Assembly: GCA_000002445.1 (NCBI GenBank)
Contig: CP000068.1
Coordinates: 288,001 to 352,000, forward strand
Direction: 5' to 3'
Length of the DNA stretch: 64,000 bases
Source of the DNA: Trypanosoma brucei
Lineage: Eukaryota
Numbering within the stretch: position 1 is the stretch's first letter; the number at the start of each line of letters is the position of its first letter. Of this stretch, positions 19,331-28,770 are shown one piece after another. The translations under genes and the position numbers were made by a program. The notes under the pieces were generated by a model. That model had not been told where the DNA came from. It saw only the letters and a list, made by a program, of their open reading frames with translations, and searched no databases.

Positions 19331-20680
19331 ATGCTTCGGTTTCTCCACCGCCCGCTAACAGCACTGGGAACCCAAAACAAGTCGTATCGCCGATTTGTCT
19401 CACAACGCCATGGAAAGGGCCGGCTGTTGGAAAAGGAAGTGGAGGAGACGAGACAAGCACCGGACTCTGTCACTTCCGCTGACCTTCTAAGGGAGGTGAA
19501 AAGGACGCGGGATGAGGTGCAGCTTTTGGCGACATCTGCGGAGGGACTGGCAGCCACGCGTGATGGCGGTGGCCGCGAGAGCGACTGGGCTGAACCTTCT
19601 TTGAAGGATCTCGACAGATCCATACCGCAGGTCGACTGCTCCTTCATTGCCGAGCTTGTTCGCTCCCGCAACCGACAGTTGAAGGATTTCTTACAGAGGA
19701 AAGCGAAATTGGAAGAAAAGGTGGCGTTGTTGACGAGGCGGCAGGCTGGTTCCGTCAAGGAGTCTGTGGGGTACCCCGTCCTAAGCGCATTTCGTGCAAG
19801 AATGAGTGACGCCAACGCGACGGCGAGCTCTACTGAAGGCGACACGGCTGTTGCCGTCGCCCCAGAAGTGCTTGCGGAACTGACGGACGAGGAGCGTGAT
19901 TTGCTGTTGTGCTCGCGTCCGGACTATGGCGATGACTTTGTACTTCTCGACTGCCGCACTGTTAACGAGGTGACATCATGGGGAATTATTGAGGGCGCGA
20001 AGGTGCTTCCTGCGCATGAGATGTTTGAGGCGTTTCACCTCACACCAGAAGAGTTTGAAGTGGAGTTTGGATTTACCAAGCCGCGACCAGAACAGAAGAT
20101 TATATGCTATTGCCAGTATGGGCCGCGGTCCCTGATGGCAGCACAGGTCCTCAGTTGGATGGGGTACACGAAGGTTCTTCACTTTCGTGACGGCTACTAC
20201 GAGTGGGGGAAGCAATACAACTTGTTGCTTCGCCGTTGGATGCTACACGACAAGGAATCTGGTAACGAGGTGAGGCGTCAAGTAGCGTTTCAAGCGGGCC
20301 TTGAACTGCAGCGAGAGATCGCTCCGGAGTTCAACGAACTTCCCATGCAGGAGGCGGCTCGGTACAAGATTGACACGACCCGCAGTCGGGGTACAATACT
20401 TGTTGGTGAGGGATTGCGGGACGAGGCGTACAACCAAGTAAAGGCGCTGGTGGATGGAATGGAGCCGCCGCTACTGCCAGGAGTTCTGGACGCTGAGGAT
20501 CAAGTGACCAACTCAGGCGGCACCGTGGGCAGATGCGAGCATGATCTCCAGCGGTTCCTTCATGAGGCAACCGGAATGGACGCCCACGAAGACGGCGCAC
20601 AACCATTAAGTCTGGCCGAAGCACAGGAGAAGGCCATGCACTCCTTCGCGCAGCGGGACGACAACAATCGTTCACGTTAG
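19331..20680 (+). CDS. Rhodanese-domain (sulfurtransferase/phosphatase-like) protein with a mitochondrial-type presequence
   Basis: The track ORF starts at TTG 19007 and its first ~108 codons are the pyrimidine-rich splice-acceptor region (19206-19262 polyY then AG); the first ATG is 19331 (MLRFLHRPLTALG...). The rhodanese fold is supported by DFVLLDCRTVNEVTSWGIIEGAKVL...KIICYCQYGPRSLMAAQVLSWMGYTKVLHFRDGYYEW, with the active-site Cys loop CYCQYGPRS. Confidence 0.65.
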   Translation: MLRFLHRPLTALGTQNKSYRRFVSQRHGKGRLLEKEVEETRQAPDSVTSADLLREVKRTRDEVQLLATSAEGLAATRDGGGRESDWAEPSLKDLDRSIPQVDCSFIAELVRSRNRQLKDFLQRKAKLEEKVALLTRRQAGSVKESVGYPVLSAFRARMSDANATASSTEGDTAVAVAPEVLAELTDEERDLLLCSRPDYGDDFVLLDCRTVNEVTSWGIIEGAKVLPAHEMFEAFHLTPEEFEVEFGFTKPRPEQKIICYCQYGPRSLMAAQVLSWMGYTKVLHFRDGYYEWGKQYNLLLRRWMLHDKESGNEVRRQVAFQAGLELQREIAPEFNELPMQEAARYKIDTTRSRGTILVGEGLRDEAYNQVKALVDGMEPPLLPGVLDAEDQVTNSGGTVGRCEHDLQRFLHEATGMDAHEDGAQPLSLAEAQEKAMHSFAQRDDNNRSR

Positions 20681-21366
20681 TTTTGGGAAATGAAACACGC
20701 ACAAGCGTACACCTGCGCGAAGGGAGTATGACAATATTCTTTGCATTATCGTTTGCCACAGCTTGCATCTTTCTGTTGTTTCTCTCCATTTTGTGAATAA
20801 GTTATTGGCGTGCAAATATATTTACATATACGTGCATGTGCATTGTTGTGCTTCCAGGAGCACAGTCAGAAACGTATTGTTGTCTCCGCAGTGGAAGTGG
20901 TATACGTTTTGTCGTACTGCTCGTGTAGGACTACGACTGCGCACGCCCAGCTACCACTTTTCTTTCTTCCCCGTTGTTGTGTTTGGTCGTGCAGTTTTTC
21001 CACTTTCACATACCATAGCATTAGTAATCAAAGCGATACAGTACTTACGGGGGCCTCAGTTTAACTTTTGTCGCACGTTTTAAATAGAGGACGTTCTACA
21101 TACATACATACTCGCGCGTGTGTGTTTCCTTCGTACACAGAATAATATAGTTCTATACGGCCACAAGGAATACAGTGCGTGAGAAAAACCAAAGGATTAT
21201 ATTAAAAGGAATAGGAGTAACAGGTGAAAAGGGAGGAGTTTCGAGTATTTGAGTAAAAAAAGTGTACGTAACAAAGAAATTCATCGAAAGTAAACGATCA
21301 GATATTAAACTAGCACATAAGTGAGTTAGCGTACCTTATACATACATTTATATTTATTTGTACGTA

Positions 21367-24300
21367 ATGGTAGACGGGCGATCTTCTGCATCAATTGTTG
21401 CCGTTGATCCCGAAAGGGCTGCGCGTGAGCGCGACGCAGCAGCGCGTGCCCTTCTTCAAGACAGTCCGCTACACACGACCATGCAATATGCAACGTCTGG
21501 TCTTGAGCTTACCGTTCCCTACGCACTTAAGGTGGTTGCCAGTGCTGACACCTTCGATCGCGCTAAGGAGGTTGCCGATGAGGTGCTACGCTGCGCATGG
21601 CAACTCGCCGACACCGTGTTGAACAGTTTCAACCCGAACAGTGAGGTTTCACTCGTGGGTCGCCTGCCTGTGGGGCAGAAGCACCAAATGTCTGCTCCAC
21701 TCAAGCGTGTGATGGCATGCTGCCAGCGTGTGTATAACTCATCGGCTGGATGTTTTGATCCCTCCACAGCACCCGTCGCAAAGGCGCTGCGTGAGATTGC
21801 ACTGGGGAAGGAGCGGAACAATGCTTGTCTGGAGGCACTTACTCAAGCGTGTACGCTTCCCAACAGTTTTGTGATCGATTTCGAAGCTGGAACTATCAGC
21901 CGTAAGCACGAGCATGCGTCTCTGGACCTAGGTGGGGTTAGCAAAGGTTATATCGTTGATTATGTCATTGATAATATCAATGCTGCTGGATTTCAAAACG
22001 TTTTTTTTGACTGGGGTGGAGACTGCCGTGCGAGTGGTATGAACGCGCGCAATACCCCGTGGGTTGTTGGTATAACTCGCCCTCCGTCCCTTGATATGCT
22101 CCGCAACCCGCCAAAGGAAGCGTCGTATATCAGCGTTATCTCTCTCGACAACGAGGCCCTTGCCACGAGTGGCGATTATGAAAACTTAATATACACCGCT
22201 GATGATAAACCCCTTACCTGCACTTATGACTGGAAGGCGAAGGAACTGATGAAACCTTCTCAGTCCAATATCGCGCAGGTATCGGTTAAATGTTATAGCG
22301 CCATGTACGCTGACGCGCTTGCGACTGCGTGTTTCATAAAGCGGGATCCCGCGAAGGTTCGACAGCTGCTGGACGGTTGGCGTTACGTGCGTGATACAGT
22401 GAGAGATTACAGGGTCTACGTTCGTGAAAATGAGCGAGTAGCGAAGATGTTTGAAATCGCCACAGAGGATGCGGAAATGAGGAAGAGGCGGATCAGCAAC
22501 ACACTTCCCGCTCGTGTCATTGTGGTGGGCGGTGGTCTCGCGGGTTTGTCCGCGGCCATCGAAGCTGCAGGATGCGGTGCTCAGGTTGTGCTTATGGAGA
22601 AGGAGGCGAAGCTCGGAGGCAACAGCGCCAAGGCGACATCTGGTATCAACGGATGGGGCACACGTGCTCAGGCGAAGGCAAGCATTGTGGATGGTGGGAA
22701 ATACTTCGAGCGTGACACATACAAGTCTGGTATCGGGGGTAACACCGATCCTGCCCTTGTGAAGACACTTTCTATGAAAAGTGCTGACGCTATTGGGTGG
22801 CTGACCTCGTTGGGTGTACCGCTGACGGTATTGTCACAGCTTGGGGGTCACAGCCGCAAGCGCACACATCGGGCACCGGATAAGAAAGATGGTACACCTC
22901 TACCTATCGGATTTACAATCATGAAAACCCTCGAGGATCACGTGCGTGGTAACCTTTCTGGCCGCATCACCATAATGGAAAACTGCAGTGTAACGTCGTT
23001 GCTCAGTGAGACGAAGGAACGGCCAGATGGCACTAAACAGATACGAGTTACTGGTGTGGAGTTCACGCAGGCTGGCAGTGGGAAGACGACCATACTTGCA
23101 GATGCTGTCATCCTTGCCACTGGTGGATTTTCTAACGACAAAACTGCAGACTCCCTGCTTCGTGAGCACGCCCCGCACTTGGTCAACTTCCCTACGACGA
23201 ATGGCCCGTGGGCGACAGGTGATGGCGTGAAACTTGCACAGCGACTTGGCGCTCAACTGGTGGATATGGACAAGGTCCAGTTGCATCCGACAGGCCTCAT
23301 CAACCCGAAGGATCCAGCGAACCCTACAAAGTTCCTTGGACCTGAGGCGCTACGTGGATCCGGTGGCGTTTTGTTAAACAAGCAAGGCAAGCGCTTCGTT
23401 AATGAACTTGACCTCCGTTCTGTGGTATCGAAAGCCATCATGGAACAGGGTGCGGAATATCCTGGATCGGGTGGTAGCATGTTCGCCTACTGTGTGTTGA
23501 ATGCTGCGGCGCAGAAGCTCTTTGGTGTCAGCTCACACGAGTTCTACTGGAAGAAGATGGGTCTCTTCGTGAAGGCTGACACCATGAGGGACCTCGCTGC
23601 ACTCATTGGGTGCCCAGTGGAATCTGTGCAGCAGACGCTGGAGGAGTACGAGCGGCTCTCCACATCACAGCGTTCCTGCCCCATCACGCGCAAGAGCGTC
23701 TATCCGTGCGTGCTCGGCACTAAGGGCCCCTACTACGTCGCCTTCGTGACACCTTCGATTCACTACACAATGGGTGGATGTCTCATCTCGCCTTCTGCTG
23801 AAATACAAATGAAGAACACATCATCACGCGCTCCACTGAGTCACAGCAACCCAATCCTCGGGTTATTTGGTGCCGGTGAGGTAACGGGTGGTGTGCACGG
23901 TGGGAACCGGTTGGGCGGCAATTCGCTGCTTGAGTGCGTCGTGTTTGGGAGAATTGCGGGTGATCGGGCCTCGACCATCCTTCAGAGGAAGTCCTCAGCA
24001 CTTTCCTTCAAGGTGTGGACGACCGTGGTGCTGCGTGAAGTACGCGAAGGTGGTGTGTACGGTGCTGGGTCCCGCGTGCTTCGCTTTAATTTACCCGGGG
24101 CGCTGCAACGGTCTGGTCTGAGCCTCGGCCAATTTATCGCAATTCGTGGTGATTGGGACGGTCAGCAGTTGATCGGTTATTACAGTCCCATCACGCTGCC
24201 AGATGATCTTGGCATGATCGATATACTCGCCCGCAGTGATAAGGGGACGCTGAGGGAGTGGATTTCCGCTCTGGAGCCGGGTGACGCTGTGGAGATGAAG

Positions 24301-24795
24301 GCATGCGGTGGTCTGGTGATTGAGCGCCGCTTAAGCGATAAGCACTTTGTGTTCATGGGACACATTATCAACAAGCTTTGTCTAATTGCTGGTGGAACGG
24401 GTGTGGCACCGATGCTGCAAATAATCAAAGCAGCCTTTATGAAACCCTTCATTGACACATTGGAGAGCGTTCATCTCATCTATGCCGCGGAGGACGTAAC
24501 GGAGTTGACGTATCGCGAGGTGCTGGAGGAGCGCCGTCGTGAGTCACGTGGAAAGTTCAAGAAAACGTTTGTCCTCAACCGGCCCCCGCCCCTATGGACT
24601 GATGGTGTTGGCTTCATCGACCGGGGCATCCTCACAAATCATGTGCAGCCGCCATCTGACAACCTGCTGGTGGCCATATGCGGACCACCGGTAATGCAGC
24701 GCATTGTAAAGGCGACCCTGAAGACTTTGGGCTACAACATGAACCTTGTGAGGACTGTGGATGAAACGGAGCCGAGCGGCTCATCCAAAATTTGA
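21367..24795 (+). CDS. FRDg: NADH-dependent fumarate reductase, glycosomal type. It has an N-terminal ApbE-like domain, a central FAD-binding fumarate-reductase domain, a C-terminal cytochrome-b5-reductase-like domain and a C-terminal SKI PTS1.
   Basis: ATG at 21367 (the track start at 21358 is TTG), giving 1142 aa. ApbE-like DLGGVSKGYIVDYV; FAD motif RVIVVGGGLAGLSAAIEAAGCGAQVVLMEKE; soluble fumarate-reductase/flavocytochrome region (HPTGLINPKDP, GGNRLGGNSLLECVVFGR); FNR-like C-terminus (LIAGGTGVAPMLQI). Ends ...GSSKI* (PTS1). Confidence 0.9.
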   Translation: MVDGRSSASIVAVDPERAARERDAAARALLQDSPLHTTMQYATSGLELTVPYALKVVASADTFDRAKEVADEVLRCAWQLADTVLNSFNPNSEVSLVGRLPVGQKHQMSAPLKRVMACCQRVYNSSAGCFDPSTAPVAKALREIALGKERNNACLEALTQACTLPNSFVIDFEAGTISRKHEHASLDLGGVSKGYIVDYVIDNINAAGFQNVFFDWGGDCRASGMNARNTPWVVGITRPPSLDMLRNPPKEASYISVISLDNEALATSGDYENLIYTADDKPLTCTYDWKAKELMKPSQSNIAQVSVKCYSAMYADALATACFIKRDPAKVRQLLDGWRYVRDTVRDYRVYVRENERVAKMFEIATEDAEMRKRRISNTLPARVIVVGGGLAGLSAAIEAAGCGAQVVLMEKEAKLGGNSAKATSGINGWGTRAQAKASIVDGGKYFERDTYKSGIGGNTDPALVKTLSMKSADAIGWLTSLGVPLTVLSQLGGHSRKRTHRAPDKKDGTPLPIGFTIMKTLEDHVRGNLSGRITIMENCSVTSLLSETKERPDGTKQIRVTGVEFTQAGSGKTTILADAVILATGGFSNDKTADSLLREHAPHLVNFPTTNGPWATGDGVKLAQRLGAQLVDMDKVQLHPTGLINPKDPANPTKFLGPEALRGSGGVLLNKQGKRFVNELDLRSVVSKAIMEQGAEYPGSGGSMFAYCVLNAAAQKLFGVSSHEFYWKKMGLFVKADTMRDLAALIGCPVESVQQTLEEYERLSTSQRSCPITRKSVYPCVLGTKGPYYVAFVTPSIHYTMGGCLISPSAEIQMKNTSSRAPLSHSNPILGLFGAGEVTGGVHGGNRLGGNSLLECVVFGRIAGDRASTILQRKSSALSFKVWTTVVLREVREGGVYGAGSRVLRFNLPGALQRSGLSLGQFIAIRGDWDGQQLIGYYSPITLPDDLGMIDILARSDKGTLREWISALEPGDAVEMKACGGLVIERRLSDKHFVFMGHIINKLCLIAGGTGVAPMLQIIKAAFMKPFIDTLESVHLIYAAEDVTELTYREVLEERRRESRGKFKKTFVLNRPPPLWTDGVGFIDRGILTNHVQPPSDNLLVAICGPPVMQRIVKATLKTLGYNMNLVRTVDETEPSGSSKI

Positions 24796-26334
24796 GTTGA
24801 AGCAGTAGAAGGGGCTGGGCGGAGGATAGGGAAAGGGGAAAAGAGTAAGGAAAAGAAGGAATATGTGAGAACAGGCGCCGCCTCTGTTTATTTTTGTATG
24901 TGTGACGCTTATTTGATGACACAGTGCCATTCGGCTGGTAGGAGGGGACAAGGTCCCGGTGCAAAAGTTATGTTAACGAGCAGAGGCGATAAGTGCCATA
25001 ATGGAATGAACGAGGGAGATAGTGCATGGAAGAAAGGGAAGTTGTTAAGAAGCGAAACTGAGAAGGGAAAAGGGAGGGGGGGGGGCGACGGAAGGACGAC
25101 AAATATGTATATATGTATATGTGTATATGTTTGCAGTTTGCGCAGGTGGGCGCACGCGTTCTTCCTTTTCTCCTTATTCCCCACACCTCTCCGCATGAAA
25201 CCATGAGGGCACGCGTGCGGCCGCGGCAAGAGAATGAATACGCAGCTACTGGTACGTGCGAAACCAATGACAGGTGCCACTTCAAGTAAATGTACGGGGG
25301 GGGGGGGTGGGGAGAAACCTTGCACATATCAGTGTGGGTGCAGCGTGTGTGTGTGGTGTGGGATGGATGCCAATCTGGAAAGCATAAAGTCAATTGGAAG
25401 TAAGTGCAATCAAAATGGAGACATGTGCTGGAGCGAATCCGTGAGTTATAAGGAGGACGTGTTAATGGGAGATAGAGGAATGAATAACTGTCGATCTCAG
25501 TTGCCCCCAGTGGCACGCGAGTGAAGGAGGTAAAGAGTGTTGTCTTCTGCTGCACTAAAGAGGTATTTCATATATATATATATCTGTGTGTATACATGGA
25601 CGAACCCGCTCCGCATTCTTCCCTTCTACCCCTTCCCTTGCGGGACTTGATGGTTTTGAGAAATTCTTTTGCTTAATTTTTTTTTGTTCGTTTTGTTCTT
25701 GTGGCTTATTATCTTTTACAAGAAGCGTGCGGTGGAAGGGGGTTGGAGAGGGTGCGGGAAGGGATGGGCAAAAATGAAAAAGAAATTGAACACATTGGAA
25801 TATGTATGGCACATATTTCTGTTGTTTCATGGGCGATCGTACTAAAGGTATAAATGACTGTGCGCAACTATACATATATGTATATTTATTTCTTCATTTG
25901 TTTACATGTACATGCTTCTTTCAATTGTTTTTACCCTCCGGTTCTATCATTAATTACGTCCACGATTTCTTCAATTGTTAGCATCATTAAGTGATGTCCG
26001 AAGCTGCTCTCAAATGAGTTCAGCAAGGGAAGAAAGACCACAGCAGATAAGCGGTATCAAGCAAACCGCTGGGTTAACGAATAACCGTTGAGACATTGGG
26101 CGGAAATATCTACGCCTGAGTGGCTTCGGTATTCAAATGTGTCACACACGTGTATGGGCATCCATGCGTCTACATGGATGTCTTTTGTCGCCGTTAACTT
26201 CAGTATCTATGTGTCACCCTTTCTGGCTGCAATTTTTTGTTTGTTCTTTTCATCTCTTCCTTGACACCGTGGCGCGAGTGTCATTCACCGGTTTGAAAAG
26301 CTTAACCCATCGTAATCGATTGGTGGGTGTCGCA

Positions 26335-28770
26335 ATGTTTTCCGGTCCTGCTGAAGTTTATTACACTAAAAGCATACAAAACAATCATAGACAGTTGCGC
26401 CGCAACGTTGGAGGAGCACAGCCAGGTCGCGGTATATATTACTCCCTGCTTGCTGTTTTGCTCGTAGTTACATTCATCAAGACTGCCAGCGCGATGCTAG
26501 AAAGAGTGCGAGTGGGTATCGATATGATAAGATCAAGGGAGATGGCCATGGTTGAGTCCGAGAATCCTCGTGTCATTGTGGTGGGCGGTGGTCTCGCGGG
26601 TTTGTCCGCGGCCATCGAAGCTGCAGGATGCGGTGCTCAGGTTGTGCTTATGGAGAAGGAGGCGAAGCTCGGAGGCAACAGCGCCAAGGCGACATCTGGT
26701 ATCAACGGATGGGGCACACGTGCTCAGGCGAAGGCAAGCATTGTGGATGGTGGGAAATACTTCGAGCGTGACACATACAAGTCTGGTATCGGGGGTAACA
26801 CCGATCCTGCCCTTGTGAAGACACTTTCTATGAAAAGTGCTGACGCTATTGGGTGGCTGACCTCGTTGGGTGTACCGCTGACGGTATTGTCACAGCTTGG
26901 GGGTCACAGCCGCAAGCGCACACATCGGGCACCGGATAAGAAAGATGGTACACCTCTACCTATCGGATTTACAATCATGAAAACCCTCGAGGATCACGTG
27001 CGTGGTAACCTTTCTGGCCGCATCACCATAATGGAAAACTGCAGTGTAACGTCGTTGCTCAGTGAGACGAAGGAACGGCCAGATGGCACTAAACAGATAC
27101 GAGTTACTGGTGTGGAGTTCACGCAGGCTGGCAGTGGGAAGACGACCATACTTGCAGATGCTGTCATCCTTGCCACTGGTGGATTTTCTAACGACAAAAC
27201 TGCAGACTCCCTGCTTCGTGAGCACGCCCCGCACTTGGTCAACTTCCCTACGACGAATGGCCCGTGGGCGACAGGTGATGGCGTGAAACTTGCACAGCGA
27301 CTTGGCGCTCAACTGGTGGATATGGACAAGGTCCAGTTGCATCCGACAGGCCTCATCAACCCGAAGGATCCAGCGAACCCTACAAAGTTCCTTGGACCTG
27401 AGGCGCTACGTGGATCCGGTGGCGTTTTGTTAAACAAGCAAGGCAAGCGCTTCGTTAATGAACTTGACCTCCGTTCTGTGGTATCGAAAGCCATCATGGA
27501 ACAGGGTGCGGAATATCCTGGATCGGGTGGTAGCATGTTCGCCTACTGTGTGTTGAATGCTGCGGCGCAGAAGCTCTTTGGTGTCAGCTCACACGAGTTC
27601 TACTGGAAGAAGATGGGTCTCTTCGTGAAGGCTGACACCATGAGGGACCTCGCTGCACTCATTGGGTGCCCAGTGGAATCTGTGCAGCAGACGCTGGAGG
27701 AGTACGAGCGGCTCTCCACATCACAGCGTTCCTGCCCCATCACGCGCAAGAGCGTCTATCCGTGCGTGCTCGGCACTAAGGGCCCCTACTACGTCGCCTT
27801 CGTGACACCTTCGATTCACTACACAATGGGTGGATGTCTCATCTCGCCTTCTGCTGAAATACAAATGAAGAACACATCATCACGCGCTCCACTGAGTCAC
27901 AGCAACCCAATCCTCGGGTTATTTGGTGCCGGTGAGGTAACGGGTGGTGTGCACGGTGGGAACCGGTTGGGCGGCAATTCGCTGCTTGAGTGCGTCGTGT
28001 TTGGGAGAATTGCGGGGGCGAGTGCAGCGAATGCTAAATATCACAATGAGACTCACCTTTGGAACAACCGATGGGCTAAGATGGTAGTTGAAAGCGTTCT
28101 TGACGACACGAACGGGTATCAGTGGTTATATTTCAGGCTTCCAAGCACGCTCCAGCGTTCGGGTGTGGGACCACTGCAAGCAGTTGTGTTACGGGAGATG
28201 GAGGGGGAAGGCAGGTTGGATGTCCGTATTCCATTTACGGTGCCTGGGGACGTTGGCGTTGTTGGTATTATGGTTTATTCCAACGACGAGAACAGTTCCA
28301 TGGGGTGGTTAACTGCGCTGCTGCCCGGCGGAATGGTGGAGATGAAAGCGGGGGTACAAGTCGACGCCAACTATGAAAGGATCCTGGCGCTTCCCCGGAA
28401 GGTAATTATCGCCACTCGTGATGGCGTGGCGCCGATGGTCCAAATGATTAGAGCAGCCTTGCATGAAGCGAAGGACGAACCTGCGCTTCAAATAATTTAC
28501 ATCGCAGAACGTGTCGCGACGATTCCCCAGCGTGAAAAGTTGGAGCAGCTTCAAAGGGATCATCCGAACAAGTTTAAGTTCACTTTCGTTGTGCACGATC
28601 CGCCCCCGCTTTGGACCGGAGGTGTCAACATCATGGAGGAAATATCTAAATCTGTGTTCCCTGATGCGAGTCTGGGCGTTTTCCTATTCGCTAGTGCGAC
28701 CGAGTCCGCATCACTGCAAGTTCAGCTGTTGGAGTTGGGGCATAACAAATCAAACATAGTCACTCTTTGA
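26335..28770 (+). CDS. FRDm2: Fumarate reductase paralogue (FRDm2-like). It has no ApbE domain and no PTS1; its central domain shares a block with FRDg that looks identical and its C-terminal domain is divergent.
   Basis: The frame is open from ATG 26137, but ATG 26335 (MFSGPAEVYY...) or a later Met (MLERVRV...) is more plausible, so the start is uncertain. Residues from RVIVVGGGLAGL to VVFGRIAG are identical to FRDg. The C-terminus (VVLREMEGEGRLD... ends ...NIVTL*) is divergent and cyt-b5-reductase-like. Confidence 0.75.
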   Translation: MFSGPAEVYYTKSIQNNHRQLRRNVGGAQPGRGIYYSLLAVLLVVTFIKTASAMLERVRVGIDMIRSREMAMVESENPRVIVVGGGLAGLSAAIEAAGCGAQVVLMEKEAKLGGNSAKATSGINGWGTRAQAKASIVDGGKYFERDTYKSGIGGNTDPALVKTLSMKSADAIGWLTSLGVPLTVLSQLGGHSRKRTHRAPDKKDGTPLPIGFTIMKTLEDHVRGNLSGRITIMENCSVTSLLSETKERPDGTKQIRVTGVEFTQAGSGKTTILADAVILATGGFSNDKTADSLLREHAPHLVNFPTTNGPWATGDGVKLAQRLGAQLVDMDKVQLHPTGLINPKDPANPTKFLGPEALRGSGGVLLNKQGKRFVNELDLRSVVSKAIMEQGAEYPGSGGSMFAYCVLNAAAQKLFGVSSHEFYWKKMGLFVKADTMRDLAALIGCPVESVQQTLEEYERLSTSQRSCPITRKSVYPCVLGTKGPYYVAFVTPSIHYTMGGCLISPSAEIQMKNTSSRAPLSHSNPILGLFGAGEVTGGVHGGNRLGGNSLLECVVFGRIAGASAANAKYHNETHLWNNRWAKMVVESVLDDTNGYQWLYFRLPSTLQRSGVGPLQAVVLREMEGEGRLDVRIPFTVPGDVGVVGIMVYSNDENSSMGWLTALLPGGMVEMKAGVQVDANYERILALPRKVIIATRDGVAPMVQMIRAALHEAKDEPALQIIYIAERVATIPQREKLEQLQRDHPNKFKFTFVVHDPPPLWTGGVNIMEEISKSVFPDASLGVFLFASATESASLQVQLLELGHNKSNIVTL
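26568..28013 (+). repeat. ~1.45-kb block that looks identical to 22512-23957 (FRDg core); a gene-conversion tract between the two FRD genes
   Basis: Offset of exactly 4056 bp. The translated ORFs on both strands read identically (e.g. 22900-23286 vs 26956-27342). Identity is judged from the six-frame translations; a nucleotide alignment was not run. Confidence 0.85.

Noticed and set aside
22900-23286. 128-aa minus-strand ORF (duplicated at 26956-27342) and other ORFs nested in the FRD genes
   Set aside because: They are antisense within the conserved FAD-binding domain of fumarate reductase. They are duplicated only because of the gene-conversion block.
26137-26334. 5' extension of the FRD paralogue ORF (MCHTRVWASM...)
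   Set aside because: Open frame, but the first 66 codons have no homology and poor composition. A downstream Met (26335 or later) is more plausible, and the start remains uncertain.
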